Positions 30,949 to 42,880 of a stretch of 64,000 bases of DNA are shown in pieces (the stretch's first letter is position 1; each line of letters begins with the position of its first letter). Both the position numbers and the translations under genes were made by a program. The notes below the pieces were generated by a model that saw nothing but the letters and a program-made list of their open reading frames with translations, was not told the origin of the DNA and ran no database searches. The stretch comes from a bacterium (GTDB lineage: Bacteria; Krumholzibacteriota; Krumholzibacteriia; LZORAL124-64-63), in contig JANOEP010000008.1 of the NCBI GenBank assembly GCA_031441465.1, positions 1-64,000 on the forward strand. The letters are read 5' to 3'.

Positions 30949-32613
30949 ATGTCCATGCTCTTCCTGGTCCTGGCCTGGGGCACGATCATCGGCTTCACTT
31001 GGTTCGCCTTCTCGCGCATCCTGCGGCTGGGCAAGAAAGCGGACCTGACGGCCGCCGACGGCGGCGGCCGGGCGCAGTGGGGCACGCGCATCGGGCTGAT
31101 CCTGGCCATGGCGGGCAACGCCATCGGGCTGGGCAACTTCCTGCGTTTCCCGCGCCAGGCGGCCGACAACGGCGGCGGCGCCTTCATGATCCCCTACTTC
31201 ATCGCTCTGCTGCTGCTCGGCGTGCCCCTGATGTGGGTCGAGTGGACCACGGGCCGCTACGGCGGCACCCGGGGCCACGGCTCAACGCCCGGCATGTTCC
31301 ACTTGATGTGGAAGCACCCCCTGGCCAAGTACCTGGGCGCCTTCGGGATCTTCCTGCCCTTCACCATCGGCATCTACTACTGCTTCATCGAGTCGTGGAC
31401 GCTGGGCTACAGCTGGTTCTCCGGCACCGGAGCCTACTGGGGCAACACCTCGCGCGAGGCGATGAGCGCGTTCCTGCAGGGCTACCAGGGCGTGGCGGCC
31501 AACCAGTATTTTGCCTCGATCGTGCCCGCGGTCGTCTTCCTGGCGCTGACCCTGTTCTTCAACTGGTTCTTCCTGGCGCGCGGCATCTCCCGCGGCATCG
31601 AGGTGCTGGCGAAGTACGGACTGCCGGTGCTGTTCTTGTTCGGAATCGTGCTGGCCGTGCGCGTCCTGACCCTGGGCGCGCCGGATCCCGCCTTCCCCGA
31701 GCGCAACGTGGCCGAGGGGCTGGCCTTCGTCTGGCAACCGGACTTCGCCCTGCTCGGGAGGGCCTCGGTCTGGCTGGCGGCGGCCGGCCAGATCTTCTTC
31801 ACGCTGAGCCTGGGCCAGGGGATGATCAACTGCTACGCCTCGTACGTGCGCGAGCAGGACGACGTCACCCTGAACGGCCTGGCCACCACGATGACCAACG
31901 AGTTCGCCGAGGTGATCCTCGGCGGCACCATCGCGATCCCGGTCGCGGTCGCCTTCTTCGGCATCGCCGAGACCCAGCAGATCGCGGCGGCCGGCTCCTT
32001 CGACCTCGGCTTCGTCGCCATGCCCGCCATCTTCCAGCAGCTGCCCCTCGGCCAGCTGCTGGGCGCGATGTGGTTCCTGCTGCTGTTCATCGCCGGCATC
32101 ACCTCGTCGGTGGCGCTGCTGTCGCCGGCGGTCGCCTTCGTCGAAGACGAATTCAAATGGTCGCGCGTGAGGTCCGTCAACGCGGTCTTCGCCGTGCTGC
32201 TGGCGGGCACGGTCGCCGTGGTGGCGTTCTTCCGCTACGGATTCATGGACGAGATGGACTTCTGGGCCGGCACGTTCGGCCTGGTCGTGTTCGGGATCAT
32301 CGAGGTGATCATCTTCGGCTGGGTGTTCGGGATCGAGCGCGGCTGGCAGGAGATGCACAAGGGGGCGCAGCTGAAGGTCCCGGGCTTCTTCAAGTTCGTG
32401 ATCAAGTACGTCACTCCGCTCTACATGCTGGCCATCCTGGGCGTCTGGACGTACCAGGACGCCGTGCCCAAGCTGCTCATGCACGACGAAGCTCGCGAGA
32501 ACATCCCCTACCTGTGGGGAGCCCGTGCGCTCATGCTCGCGATCGTCGTGTTGAACCTGTGGCTGATCGCCAAGGCGTGGCGGCGGCACGAACGGAGTCC
32601 GGCCGCCCGGTGA
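30949..32613 (+). CDS. Sodium-dependent NSS-family transporter with extra N-terminal TM
   Basis: AGNAIGLGNFLRFP, GGGAFMIPY, AAGQIFFTLSLG, AGITSS; AGGAGG RBS before ATG 30949. Confidence 0.9.
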   Translation: MSMLFLVLAWGTIIGFTWFAFSRILRLGKKADLTAADGGGRAQWGTRIGLILAMAGNAIGLGNFLRFPRQAADNGGGAFMIPYFIALLLLGVPLMWVEWTTGRYGGTRGHGSTPGMFHLMWKHPLAKYLGAFGIFLPFTIGIYYCFIESWTLGYSWFSGTGAYWGNTSREAMSAFLQGYQGVAANQYFASIVPAVVFLALTLFFNWFFLARGISRGIEVLAKYGLPVLFLFGIVLAVRVLTLGAPDPAFPERNVAEGLAFVWQPDFALLGRASVWLAAAGQIFFTLSLGQGMINCYASYVREQDDVTLNGLATTMTNEFAEVILGGTIAIPVAVAFFGIAETQQIAAAGSFDLGFVAMPAIFQQLPLGQLLGAMWFLLLFIAGITSSVALLSPAVAFVEDEFKWSRVRSVNAVFAVLLAGTVAVVAFFRYGFMDEMDFWAGTFGLVVFGIIEVIIFGWVFGIERGWQEMHKGAQLKVPGFFKFVIKYVTPLYMLAILGVWTYQDAVPKLLMHDEARENIPYLWGARALMLAIVVLNLWLIAKAWRRHERSPAAR

Positions 32614-32622
32614 CCGCAGGGC

Positions 32623-34140
32623 TCACTGCCGCACCCGCTCGCGGGCCTGCTGCAGCAAGGGCGGAATGTCGGGGTTGTCGGGCGCGAGTTCCAGGGCGCG
32701 GACGAAGTCGTCCGCCGCCTCGCTCCAGCGCCGAGCCTGGTAGCGGTGCAGCCCGCGGTTGTACCAGGCGGCCGCCAGGCCGGGGTCCAGGGCCAGGGCG
32801 CGGTCCAGCGCCTCCTCCCCCTGCGCCGCGCGCCCGGTCATCATCAAGGTGTAGCCCAGGTCGCTCCAGATCTCCGCCCGCTCCGGCGCCGCGAGCAGCG
32901 CCTCGCGCAGCCATTCTTCCGCGCTTTCGACCTTGCCGACGCGGTTCAGCAGTCGCCCGTACGGTGCCGCGAGATCCCCCGCTCCTTCTCCCCGCTCCCT
33001 GCGGGCGGTCAGGACGCGGCGCAGGTCTTCCAGCGCGAGTTCGTCGGCGCCGATCTGCACGTACAGCAGGCCTCGCCGCGCGCGGCTCTGCTCCTGGTGG
33101 TCGTCGAGACGGATGCAGACGCCGAGCGCGTCCACGGCGCGATCGGCCCAGGCGACCCGGTGGTCGGGGGTGGTCGCCGCCGCGAAGCTGTCGTCCGCCG
33201 CCAGGGACCAGCCATAGGCCGAGCCGGCGGCCAACAGACGCCCGAAGGCGATCCAGACGGGACGGAGTTCGGGCTTCGCGCCGCCCTCGTCGATCACGAC
33301 CTCGGCGGGTCCCGGACACGTGCCGAGTCCGAGTTCGAGCGCATCGTAGCTGTAGTTGAAGAAGCGGCGGGCTTCCACGGGATCGCCGACACGCTCGCAG
33401 ACCTGGGCCAGGTCGCGATGGAAGCGGGCGGACCAGGCGGCCTCGGGTCGGGTGTCGCGCAACCAGTAGTACGCGTTCGCGACGTCGCCGCGGGCCAGTT
33501 CGGCGACACCGCGGATCCAGCGCCACTCGAAGCGGAAGTACTCCTTGGTCTCGATGTCGCGCGAGATGTTGTAGGCGCCGCGCAGGTCGCCGTGCGCGGC
33601 CCGGCACAACCCCAGCAACATGCGGACCTCGCGCTCGGCGGGCGAGATCCGGGCGGCGCTGTCGGCCCAGGCGTGGGCCAACGTCCAGCGGCCGCGGTCC
33701 CGGTGCAGCCAGCCGCGCGCCAGGGCCAGCCGCAAGCGCGCCGCGCGCCGCTCCTTGACCGGCAACTCCCCGATCGCCGGTTCGAGCGCCTCGAGCGCCG
33801 CCAGGGCCCGCTGGGTGTCGCCGACGCGACCGGCGGCCTCGGCCAGGGCGAACCCGTGATCGGGCACGTCGGGCGCGAGCGCGACCGCCGTCACCAGAGC
33901 GCGCAGCCGCTCGGCGTCGTCGCGGGTCGTTTCGGCCAGCCGCCGCCACGGCTGCGCCAGCGCGCGCCGCCGCTCGCGGACGGCCGGCGACAGGGCCCGG
34001 ACAGCTTCGTAGTCCAGCGAATCGGCGGGCGTTTCGCAACGCCAGGCCTCGTGGTAGCTCAGGGACAGCGCCGGCGTGCGCGCGCAACCGGCGACGAAAC
34101 CCGCCGCCAGCGCCGTCGCGATGTACCAGCCGAACCGCAT
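32623..34140 (-). CDS. TPR-repeat lipoprotein
   Basis: Lipobox VAGC; TPR units (IWSDLGYTL, AWYNRGL). Confidence 0.7.
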   Translation of the reverse strand: MRFGWYIATALAAGFVAGCARTPALSLSYHEAWRCETPADSLDYEAVRALSPAVRERRRALAQPWRRLAETTRDDAERLRALVTAVALAPDVPDHGFALAEAAGRVGDTQRALAALEALEPAIGELPVKERRAARLRLALARGWLHRDRGRWTLAHAWADSAARISPAEREVRMLLGLCRAAHGDLRGAYNISRDIETKEYFRFEWRWIRGVAELARGDVANAYYWLRDTRPEAAWSARFHRDLAQVCERVGDPVEARRFFNYSYDALELGLGTCPGPAEVVIDEGGAKPELRPVWIAFGRLLAAGSAYGWSLAADDSFAAATTPDHRVAWADRAVDALGVCIRLDDHQEQSRARRGLLYVQIGADELALEDLRRVLTARRERGEGAGDLAAPYGRLLNRVGKVESAEEWLREALLAAPERAEIWSDLGYTLMMTGRAAQGEEALDRALALDPGLAAAWYNRGLHRYQARRWSEAADDFVRALELAPDNPDIPPLLQQARERVRQ

Positions 34141-34368
34141 GGCAGCTCCTCCATCGTGCCGACCACGATCCCGAACCGGCTTCATTCCATCCCAATTCAA
34201 GCGCGAAAGCAAGGACGCAGCCGGGAACGCGATCCTTACGGAGGCGGCGGGAAGAAGTTCAGCGTTCCGGTCGCGGCGTCTTGACAGACCCGGCGGCGTC
34301 CGGATAACTTGCGCGCGGGGACCATGGAAGGCACCCCGACCTCACACCCCCGACTCGCGAGGACCGCC

Positions 34369-35493
34369 ATGCCACGGATGGACGCTCGGACCGCCACCCT
34401 GCTGATCGTCATGTTCCTGCTTCCCGCCGCCGCCGCCCTGTCCGGCGCCTATTCGTCCGCCATCGTCATGGAGGAGCGCAGCGGCGAGATCCTGTTCGCC
34501 GAGAACGAGCACGCCCGCCTCGCCCCGGCGTCGATGGTCAAGATGATGACCGAGCTGATCGTGCTCGAGCACGCCGCCCGCGGCGAACTGACGCTCGACG
34601 ACATGGTGACGGTGTCCGCGCGGGCCAGCCGCATCGGCGGCTCTCAGGTCTACCTCAAGGAGGGCGAGGTCTTCACGGTCCGCGACCTGCTGATGGCCCT
34701 GGCGATCCACTCGGGCAACGACGCCGGCGTGGCCCTGGCCGAGCACGTCGCCGGCACCGACGACGCCTTCGTCGTGCTGATGAACGCCCGCGCCCGCGAA
34801 CTCGGGATGCGCGACACCGTGTTCCACAGCGTGCACGGCCTGCCGCCGGCTCGCGGCCAGTCGAGCGACCTCTCTTCGGCCCACAACATGGCCGTGCTGG
34901 GGCGCGAGATCTGCCGCCATCCGGAATCGCTGTCCTGGGCCGTGATGGACCAGGTTCCCTTCCGCAACGGCCAGTTCCTGCTGCGCAACCCCAACCCCCT
35001 GGTCGGCAAGCTGCGCGGCCTGGAGGGCATCAAGACCGGCTACACCGTCGAGGCGGGCTTCTGCCTCACTGCAGCCGCCACCCAGAAGGGCGTGCGCCTG
35101 ATTTCCGTGGTGATGGGAGCCAAGACCAACGCCGCCCGCGGCAGCGAGACCAGCCGCCTGCTGGCCCGCGGCTTCACGGAGTACTCGCCGGTGAAGCTGG
35201 TGCCGGCCGCCGGCGACTCCTGCCCACGTCAGATCCCGGTCAAGGGCGGGAAGCTCAAGACCGCCGGCCTGGTCTTCACCCAGCCCCTGGAGGTCGGCGT
35301 CCGCAAGGCCCGGGCCGGCGACGTGACGCTGCGCTACGAGCTGCCGGCCCGCATCGAGGCCCCCGCGATCGCCGGCACCGTGGTTGGCAAGGCCGTCGCG
35401 GAGCTGGACGGCAAACCGCTGGGCGAGGTGCCGATCGCCCTGTCCGCCGCCGTGGTCAAGGGCAGCTTCTGGGACCGCGTCTTCAAGCGCTGA
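34369..35493 (+). CDS. dacA: D-alanyl-D-alanine carboxypeptidase (peptidase S11)
   Basis: PASMVK (SxxK), HSGND (SxN), KTG, PBP5 C-terminal domain. Confidence 0.88.
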   Translation: MPRMDARTATLLIVMFLLPAAAALSGAYSSAIVMEERSGEILFAENEHARLAPASMVKMMTELIVLEHAARGELTLDDMVTVSARASRIGGSQVYLKEGEVFTVRDLLMALAIHSGNDAGVALAEHVAGTDDAFVVLMNARARELGMRDTVFHSVHGLPPARGQSSDLSSAHNMAVLGREICRHPESLSWAVMDQVPFRNGQFLLRNPNPLVGKLRGLEGIKTGYTVEAGFCLTAAATQKGVRLISVVMGAKTNAARGSETSRLLARGFTEYSPVKLVPAAGDSCPRQIPVKGGKLKTAGLVFTQPLEVGVRKARAGDVTLRYELPARIEAPAIAGTVVGKAVAELDGKPLGEVPIALSAAVVKGSFWDRVFKR

Positions 35494-35613
35494 TCCCCGA
35501 TCCCATCGAGCTTCTGCGCGCGGGCGGATTGTGCAACAATCCGCCCGCGTCATCGTTGACAGATGGTTGTGCCGTGCCGAACGACCCCTGATCCGGATCC
35601 CCGAGGAGTGATC

Positions 35614-38600
35614 ATGAGCATGCGTTCCTGGCCCCTGGCCGTCCTGATCCTGCTCGCGGCGGGGTTGTCCGCCGCCGCCGCCGAATTCGACGCGCAGGAC
35701 ATGCGCCTGCTGCGCAACCCCGACCTCCACGGCGACACCATCGTGTTCGTCCAGGGCGGCGACCTGTGGACGGTGCCGACCGCCGGCGGCGAGGCCCGAC
35801 GGCTCACCTCCCACGTCGGCTTCGAGTCGCAGCCCAAGTTCTCGCCGGACGGCCGGTGGATCGCCTTCTCGGGCGACTACGACGGCAATCGGGACGTCTA
35901 CGTGATCCCCGCCGAGGGCGGCGAGCCCCGGCGCCTCACCTGGCACCCGCTGGGGGACCGGGTCATCGACTGGCAGCCCGACGGACGGGCGGTGCGCTTC
36001 CAGAGTTCGCGCACCAGCTTCACCATGCGCGAGCAGCAGCTCTGGACGGTGCCGCTCGAAGGCGGCCTGCCCGAGATGCTGCCCCTGCCCGAGGGCGGCT
36101 TGTCCAGTTGGTCGCCCGACGGCCGCCGTCTCGCCTACAACCGCATCACCTCGGAGAGCCGCACCTGGAAGCGCTACCAGGGCGGCATGGCCCAGGACAT
36201 CTGGATCCACGACTTCGACAAAGGCACGACGGTGCGGATCACCGACTGGCCCGGTGCCGAGAACTACCCGATGTGGTTCGGCGACACGATCTACTTCACG
36301 AGCGACCGCACCGGCCGCCACCAGATCTGGGCCTACGACACCGTGGGCGGCGGCTTCCGGCAGGTGACCGACCATTCCGAATACGACGTCAATCTCCCGA
36401 GCCTCGGCACCGGCGCCATCGTCTACGAGAACGGCGGCTGGCTGCACGTGCTGGACCTCGCGACCGGCAAGACCCGCAAGGTGACCGTGGCGTTGCACGA
36501 CGATTTCTTCCGCACGCGCCCGGCATTCGTGGAAGCAGCCGGCCGGATCACCAGCAGCGGCCTCGGCCCCGACGCGCAGCGCGCGGTCTTCGCGGCCCGC
36601 GGCGAGATCTTCACCGTTCCGGCGGAGAAGGGCGACGTGCGCAACCTCACCGGCACCCCTGCGGTGAACGAGATCCTGCCCGCCTGGTCGCCGGACGGCA
36701 AGTGGATCGCCTACTTCGGGGACGCCTCCGGCGAGTACGAGTTGACCCTGCGCCGCGGCGACGGCAGCGGCGAGGAGCGGCGCCTGACCTCGGGCAGCGG
36801 CACCTACTACGTCGGGCTGCGCTGGTCGCCGGACAGCAAGATGATCCTGACCTACGACGCGTCCATGATGCTGCGCTGGGTCGACGCCGACAGCGGCGAG
36901 CAGCACGACATCGGCCGCAGCCCCACCGAGCGCAGCTTCGACGCCGCCTGGAGTCCGGACAGCCGCTGGGTGGCCTTCGCCGAGGCCGAGGACAACGAAT
37001 TCTCCTCGATCTTCCTCTTCGACACGAAGGACGGGTCGCGCAGCCGCGTGACCACGCCGATGACCGACGACACGTCCCCGACGTTCTCCCCCGACGGGAA
37101 GTACCTGTACTTCGCCTCGGAGCGCAGCTTCCAGCCCGACTTCGGCCCCTACGACCAGGTTCCCCACTGGAGCGGGACGACCGGCCTGTACCTGGCGACC
37201 CTGCAGGCCGACGCGCCGCACCCCTTCCCGCCCGAGAGCGACGAGGTCGCCGTCGAGGGTGAGGACGACGACAAAGACAAGGAAAAGGACAAGGCCGAAG
37301 ACGAGAAGAAGGACGACGACAAGAAGAGCGGCGACAAGGAAAAGGTCGAGCCGACGGTCATCGATCTCGAGGGTATCGGCAGCCGCATCGTCGCCCTGGA
37401 CGTGCCGCCGGGCAACTACGGCAACCTGGCGGCCGCCAAGGGCAAGCTGTTCTACCTGAAGCGCGATCCGCAGGCCGAAAGCGGCGAGATCATGGTCTTC
37501 GACCTGGAGAAGCGCGAAGCCGAGACCGTGCTCGCCAAGGCCGACGGCTTCGAACTGGATGCCGAGGGTGCGAAGTTGATGTACCGGGAAGGCAAGACCT
37601 ACGGCATCGTCACGGCGGACGCCGACCAGAAGCCGGCCGAGAAGCCGCTGCGCACCGCGGAGATGAAGGCCCGCAGCGATCCCCGCGCCGAGTGGCGTCA
37701 GATGTTCCACGACGCCTGGCGGCTCGAGAGCGACTTCTTCTACGACCCGGGCATGCACGGCGTCGACTGGGGCCGCATGCACGAACGCTACGGCCAGCTG
37801 GTCCCCTACGTGACCGACCGGCGCGACCTGGACTACATCCTGGGCGAACTCATCGCCGAACTGGGCGCGGGCCACGCCTACGTCAACGGCAGCGACGAGG
37901 CTCCGAAAGCCAAGCCGGTGGGCGTCGGCCTGCTGGGCGCGGACATCCGTCTCGACGCCGCGTCGGGCCGCTACCGGCTGGTGAACATCCTGACCGAGCG
38001 CGACTGGAACGAGGACCAGCGCACGCCCCTGGCGGGCCCGGGCCTCGACGTCCGCGAAGGCGACTACCTGCTGGCCGTCGACGGCAAGCCGCTGCAGGCC
38101 CCGGTGAATCCCTACTCCCTGTTCGAGAACAAGGTCGACGTCCGCACCGTCCTGACCGTGGCCGACAAGCCCGACGGCGAGGAGCGCGAGGTCGTCGTCC
38201 TGCCGATCGCCTCGGAGACCGGGTTGCGCTACGTCCGGTGGGTCGAGGGCAACCGCCGCAAGGTGGCCGAGCTGTCGGGCGGCAAGGTCGGCTACCTCCA
38301 CCTGCCCGACACCGCGGTCGACGGCGTGCAGGCCTTCGCCCAGGCCTACTACCCGCAGGTGCGCCTGGAGGGCCTGATCATCGACGAGCGCTTCAACAGC
38401 GGCGGGTTCATCCCCGACTTCCTGCTGAACATCCTGGGCCAGGACTTCCTGAACCTCTGGAAGCCCCGCTACGGCCAGGACTGGCGCACGCCGGGCACGG
38501 CCTTCCACGGCCCGATGGTCATGGTCAGCAACTCGCACGCCGGCTCGGGCGGCGACGCCCTGCCCTACTACTTCCAGAAGTACGGGCTGGGCAAGGTCGT

Positions 38601-38880
38601 CGGCACCCGCACCTGGGGCGGCCTGATCGGCATCAGCAGCCGGATCCCGCTGATGGACGGCGGCCTGGTGACCTTCCCCGAGTTCGGCCTGTTCAACCTC
38701 GAGGGCGAGTGGGACGTCGAAAACCACGGCGTCGATCCCGACCTCGTGGTCGAGAACCTGCCCGAGGAGGTCAACCGCGGGCGCGATCCGCAGCTCGAGC
38801 GGGCGGTGCAGGAGGTGCTCGCGGCGATGAAGGAGCGGCGGGAGCTGCCGGCGGCACCGGCTTTCCCAAGAGATCGGTAG
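35614..38880 (+). CDS. Tricorn-like S41 protease (PD40 propellers + PDZ)
   Basis: Signal peptide, repeated WSPDG/FSPDG, IDERFNSGG, AGSGGD catalytic Ser, GTRTWGG, ENHGVDPD. Confidence 0.93.
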   Translation: MSMRSWPLAVLILLAAGLSAAAAEFDAQDMRLLRNPDLHGDTIVFVQGGDLWTVPTAGGEARRLTSHVGFESQPKFSPDGRWIAFSGDYDGNRDVYVIPAEGGEPRRLTWHPLGDRVIDWQPDGRAVRFQSSRTSFTMREQQLWTVPLEGGLPEMLPLPEGGLSSWSPDGRRLAYNRITSESRTWKRYQGGMAQDIWIHDFDKGTTVRITDWPGAENYPMWFGDTIYFTSDRTGRHQIWAYDTVGGGFRQVTDHSEYDVNLPSLGTGAIVYENGGWLHVLDLATGKTRKVTVALHDDFFRTRPAFVEAAGRITSSGLGPDAQRAVFAARGEIFTVPAEKGDVRNLTGTPAVNEILPAWSPDGKWIAYFGDASGEYELTLRRGDGSGEERRLTSGSGTYYVGLRWSPDSKMILTYDASMMLRWVDADSGEQHDIGRSPTERSFDAAWSPDSRWVAFAEAEDNEFSSIFLFDTKDGSRSRVTTPMTDDTSPTFSPDGKYLYFASERSFQPDFGPYDQVPHWSGTTGLYLATLQADAPHPFPPESDEVAVEGEDDDKDKEKDKAEDEKKDDDKKSGDKEKVEPTVIDLEGIGSRIVALDVPPGNYGNLAAAKGKLFYLKRDPQAESGEIMVFDLEKREAETVLAKADGFELDAEGAKLMYREGKTYGIVTADADQKPAEKPLRTAEMKARSDPRAEWRQMFHDAWRLESDFFYDPGMHGVDWGRMHERYGQLVPYVTDRRDLDYILGELIAELGAGHAYVNGSDEAPKAKPVGVGLLGADIRLDAASGRYRLVNILTERDWNEDQRTPLAGPGLDVREGDYLLAVDGKPLQAPVNPYSLFENKVDVRTVLTVADKPDGEEREVVVLPIASETGLRYVRWVEGNRRKVAELSGGKVGYLHLPDTAVDGVQAFAQAYYPQVRLEGLIIDERFNSGGFIPDFLLNILGQDFLNLWKPRYGQDWRTPGTAFHGPMVMVSNSHAGSGGDALPYYFQKYGLGKVVGTRTWGGLIGISSRIPLMDGGLVTFPEFGLFNLEGEWDVENHGVDPDLVVENLPEEVNRGRDPQLERAVQEVLAAMKERRELPAAPAFPRDR

Positions 38881-39003
38881 CCACCTTTCCGTCGGCGGAC
38901 GCCCTCCGGTCACCTCGTGTGACCGGAGGGCTCGGCTTTTCGGCCCTTTCGCCATCCGTGGCGAAAGGGCCTGCAAGACGCCGCCGCCGGAAAGGTGGCT
39001 ACC
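38876..39003. repeat. Structured palindromic intergenic element, copy 1
   Basis: 23-bp outer inverted repeat (1 mismatch) enclosing two perfect 13-bp hairpins; colinear with 61147-61273. Confidence 0.85.
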
Positions 39004-39206
39004 TGGACATGGGGGGTGTTCGACCTCGTTGGGACATGGGCGGTGGTGCCGGCACCGACTACCGAACGGGGCAATTCGGGCCAGGCGTGGTCAGATCCCT
39101 GGCGGTGGGGGGCGCAGGGGGGCGATCCCACCGACCACGACGAGACGAAACTGAATATCATTCAATGAGTTGTCGGTTGCCTCGATGTGGGGGGCGGCAG
39201 CGGTGG

Positions 39207-39222
39207 TGGCCGGGGAATTGCT
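39207..39222 (+). promoter_or_regulatory. sigma54-type promoter motif
   Basis: TGGCCGGGGAATTGCT (GG-N10-GC); IHF-like ATTCAATGAGTTG at 39160-39172. Confidence 0.5.
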
Positions 39223-39272
39223 CTCTGAGATCCGTCCCGATCCGACGGAGTATCCCGATCCCGGAGGCAGTC

Positions 39273-41297
39273 ATGACCGGCCCGTACGCCAATCGCGTCT
39301 CGATCGTCATTCCCGTGTTCGACAAGCGCGCGCTGACCGAGGCCTGCCTCGACGCGTTGCATCGTCATACCCCCACCGGCGTCGAGATCGTCGTGGTGGA
39401 CAACGGTTCGACCGATGGTTCGGCGGCTTGGTTGAGGAACCTGCACGAGCGTGGCGAAATCCGCGCCGTGTTGAATCCGGAGAACCTCGGCTTCGCCCGG
39501 GCCAGCAACCAGGGAGCGGCGGCCGCGCGCGGCGAGCTGCTGCTGTTCCTGAACAACGACACCGAGGTCACCGCGGGCTGGCTGGATCCCCTGGTCTGGA
39601 CACTCGACCACGACCCGTACGTGGGTGCGGTCGGCTCGAAGCTGCTGTTCCCCGACGGCACCGTCCAGCACGCGGGCGTCGCGCTGGTCCAGGGCGACTC
39701 GCCCTCCGGCCCGCTCCTGGGCGGGCAGCACCTCGCCTACGGCAAGCCCGCCGACTCCCCCGCCGCCGACAAGGCCATGATCGTGCGCTGCCTGACCGCG
39801 GCCTGCCTGCTGGTGCGCCGCGAGGCCTTCGAGGCCGCCGGCGGCTTCGACGAGGCCTACTGGAACGGCAACGAGGACGTCGACCTCTGCCTGAAGCTGG
39901 AGCAGGCCGGTTGGCGGCTGGTCTACCGGCCCGAGAGCGTGGTCGTCCACCACGAGTCCCAGAGCGGCCCCGAGCGTTTTTCGAAGCTGGACCAGAACAT
40001 CGCGCTGCTGAACACCCGCTGGCGCGGGCGGATCACACCCGACTACTACCGCGACCTCGACTGGAAGGCCGTGGCGGCACCCGACTTCCGGCTGCGCCAG
40101 TACGCGCCGCCGCGCCTGCGGTTCGAGCGCGACGTCCGCCGCTCCGCGGACGCGCAGACCGCCTCGGTGATCGTCCTGTGCCACAACGCGCTGGAATACA
40201 CGCAGAGGTGCGCCGCCTCGCTGCTGGCCCACACCGATCCGCGGCACGAGATCATCTTCGTCGACAACGCCAGCACCGACGGCACCGCCGACTGGCTGCG
40301 CGAACTGACCGCGCACCAGGAGCGCTGCCACGGCATCTACAGCCAGGAGAACCTGGGCTACGCCGCCGGCAACAACCTGGGCCTGGCCCACGCCCGCGGC
40401 GACCACCTGGTGCTGCTCAACAGCGACGTCGTGGTGACGCCGGGCTGGCTCGAGCGGCTGATCGCCGCCGCGCAGCACCCCCAGGCCGGCGTCGTGGGGC
40501 CGGTCACCAACAGCATCACCGGGCCCCAGAAGCTGGCGCAGGTCGGCTACGACCAGGAGACGCTCCGGGACCTGGATTTCTTCGCCCGGATGCACGGCGA
40601 CTCCTGCCGCGGCCAGGACGAGCCGGCGCTGTGGGTCGTGGGTTTCTGCATGCTGATCAAGCGCGACCTGCTGGCGCGCATCGGCGGCCTGGACGAGCGC
40701 TTCGGCCGCGGCAACTTCGAGGACACCGACTTCTGCCTGCGTGCGTTCCTGGCCGGCTACCAGTGCCTGATCGCCCGCGATTGCTTCGTGCACCACTTCG
40801 GCAGCCGCAGCTTCGCCGCCGCGAAGGTCGACTACCGCACGTCCCTCGAGAAGAACTGGGGCGTGTTCAAGCAGAAGTGGCGCATCCCGACGGCGGTGGG
40901 TTACGAGCAGAAGTTCGACCTCGAGAGCATCGTCGTGGCGGGTTTCCATCCCGTGCTGCACTTCGAGCCGCTGCCGCGCGCCCACGGCGTGGTGCAGATC
41001 GAGCCCACGCCGCAGGACCTCGCCCGTCGCCAGAGCGAGGGCGAATCGATGTTCCGCGACGGCCGCGCCGACGACGCCGAGGCCGTCTTCCGGCACGTGC
41101 TGGAATGGCGCGCCGACGAGCCGGCGGCCGCCAACGGCCTGGCCTGCGCGCTGTGGGAGCAGGGGCGGCCGGACGAGGCGGCGGTCGTGCTCGAGGAGAC
41201 GCTGCGCCGCGACCCGGAGAACGAGGACGCGCGGTGGAACCTGCAGGAAATCCGCAAGGCACTCGCGGCGGTGGAGGTCGAGCCGGTTCCCAGTTGA
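39273..41297 (+). CDS. Tandem GT2-GT2 glycosyltransferase with C-terminal TPR
   Basis: Two GT2 domains (VVDNGSTD/FLNND/EDVD and VDNASTD/LLNSD/EDTD); TPR tail; GGAGG RBS. Confidence 0.88.
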   Translation: MTGPYANRVSIVIPVFDKRALTEACLDALHRHTPTGVEIVVVDNGSTDGSAAWLRNLHERGEIRAVLNPENLGFARASNQGAAAARGELLLFLNNDTEVTAGWLDPLVWTLDHDPYVGAVGSKLLFPDGTVQHAGVALVQGDSPSGPLLGGQHLAYGKPADSPAADKAMIVRCLTAACLLVRREAFEAAGGFDEAYWNGNEDVDLCLKLEQAGWRLVYRPESVVVHHESQSGPERFSKLDQNIALLNTRWRGRITPDYYRDLDWKAVAAPDFRLRQYAPPRLRFERDVRRSADAQTASVIVLCHNALEYTQRCAASLLAHTDPRHEIIFVDNASTDGTADWLRELTAHQERCHGIYSQENLGYAAGNNLGLAHARGDHLVLLNSDVVVTPGWLERLIAAAQHPQAGVVGPVTNSITGPQKLAQVGYDQETLRDLDFFARMHGDSCRGQDEPALWVVGFCMLIKRDLLARIGGLDERFGRGNFEDTDFCLRAFLAGYQCLIARDCFVHHFGSRSFAAAKVDYRTSLEKNWGVFKQKWRIPTAVGYEQKFDLESIVVAGFHPVLHFEPLPRAHGVVQIEPTPQDLARRQSEGESMFRDGRADDAEAVFRHVLEWRADEPAAANGLACALWEQGRPDEAAVVLEETLRRDPENEDARWNLQEIRKALAAVEVEPVPS

Positions 41298-41310
41298 GGC
41301 CCGCATTTTG

Positions 41311-41352
41311 ACACGACGAGGCCCCGGGCGCGTGTCCGGGGCCTCGTCGTGT
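41311..41352. terminator. Terminator-like hairpin between convergent GT2 gene and asnS
   Basis: 17-bp perfect inverted repeat ACACGACGAGGCCCCGG/CCGGGGCCTCGTCGTGT. Confidence 0.55.
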
Positions 41353-41393
41353 GATCGGTGGAACGTGAAGACCGCGCCCTAGAAGTCTGCGCC

Positions 41394-42794
<1,401 letters not shown>

Positions 42795-42880
42795 GTCGAT
42801 TCCTCGCGCTGGCAGTGGGAACTCGCGGCGAATGCAGGACATGATGGACGATGGCGCCCCGCCGCGCAAGCCCTCCGGGG

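Noticed and set aside
37261..37345. Purine-rich low-complexity tract
   Set aside because: Encodes the Asp/Lys/Glu-rich linker typical of tricorn proteases.
34342..38976. 1544-aa minus-strand ORF and many other long antisense or alternate-frame ORFs (e.g. 20306..22441, 42851..45124, 56700..59192)
   Set aside because: Shadow ORFs caused by high GC. They overlap clearly recognisable genes and lack motifs.
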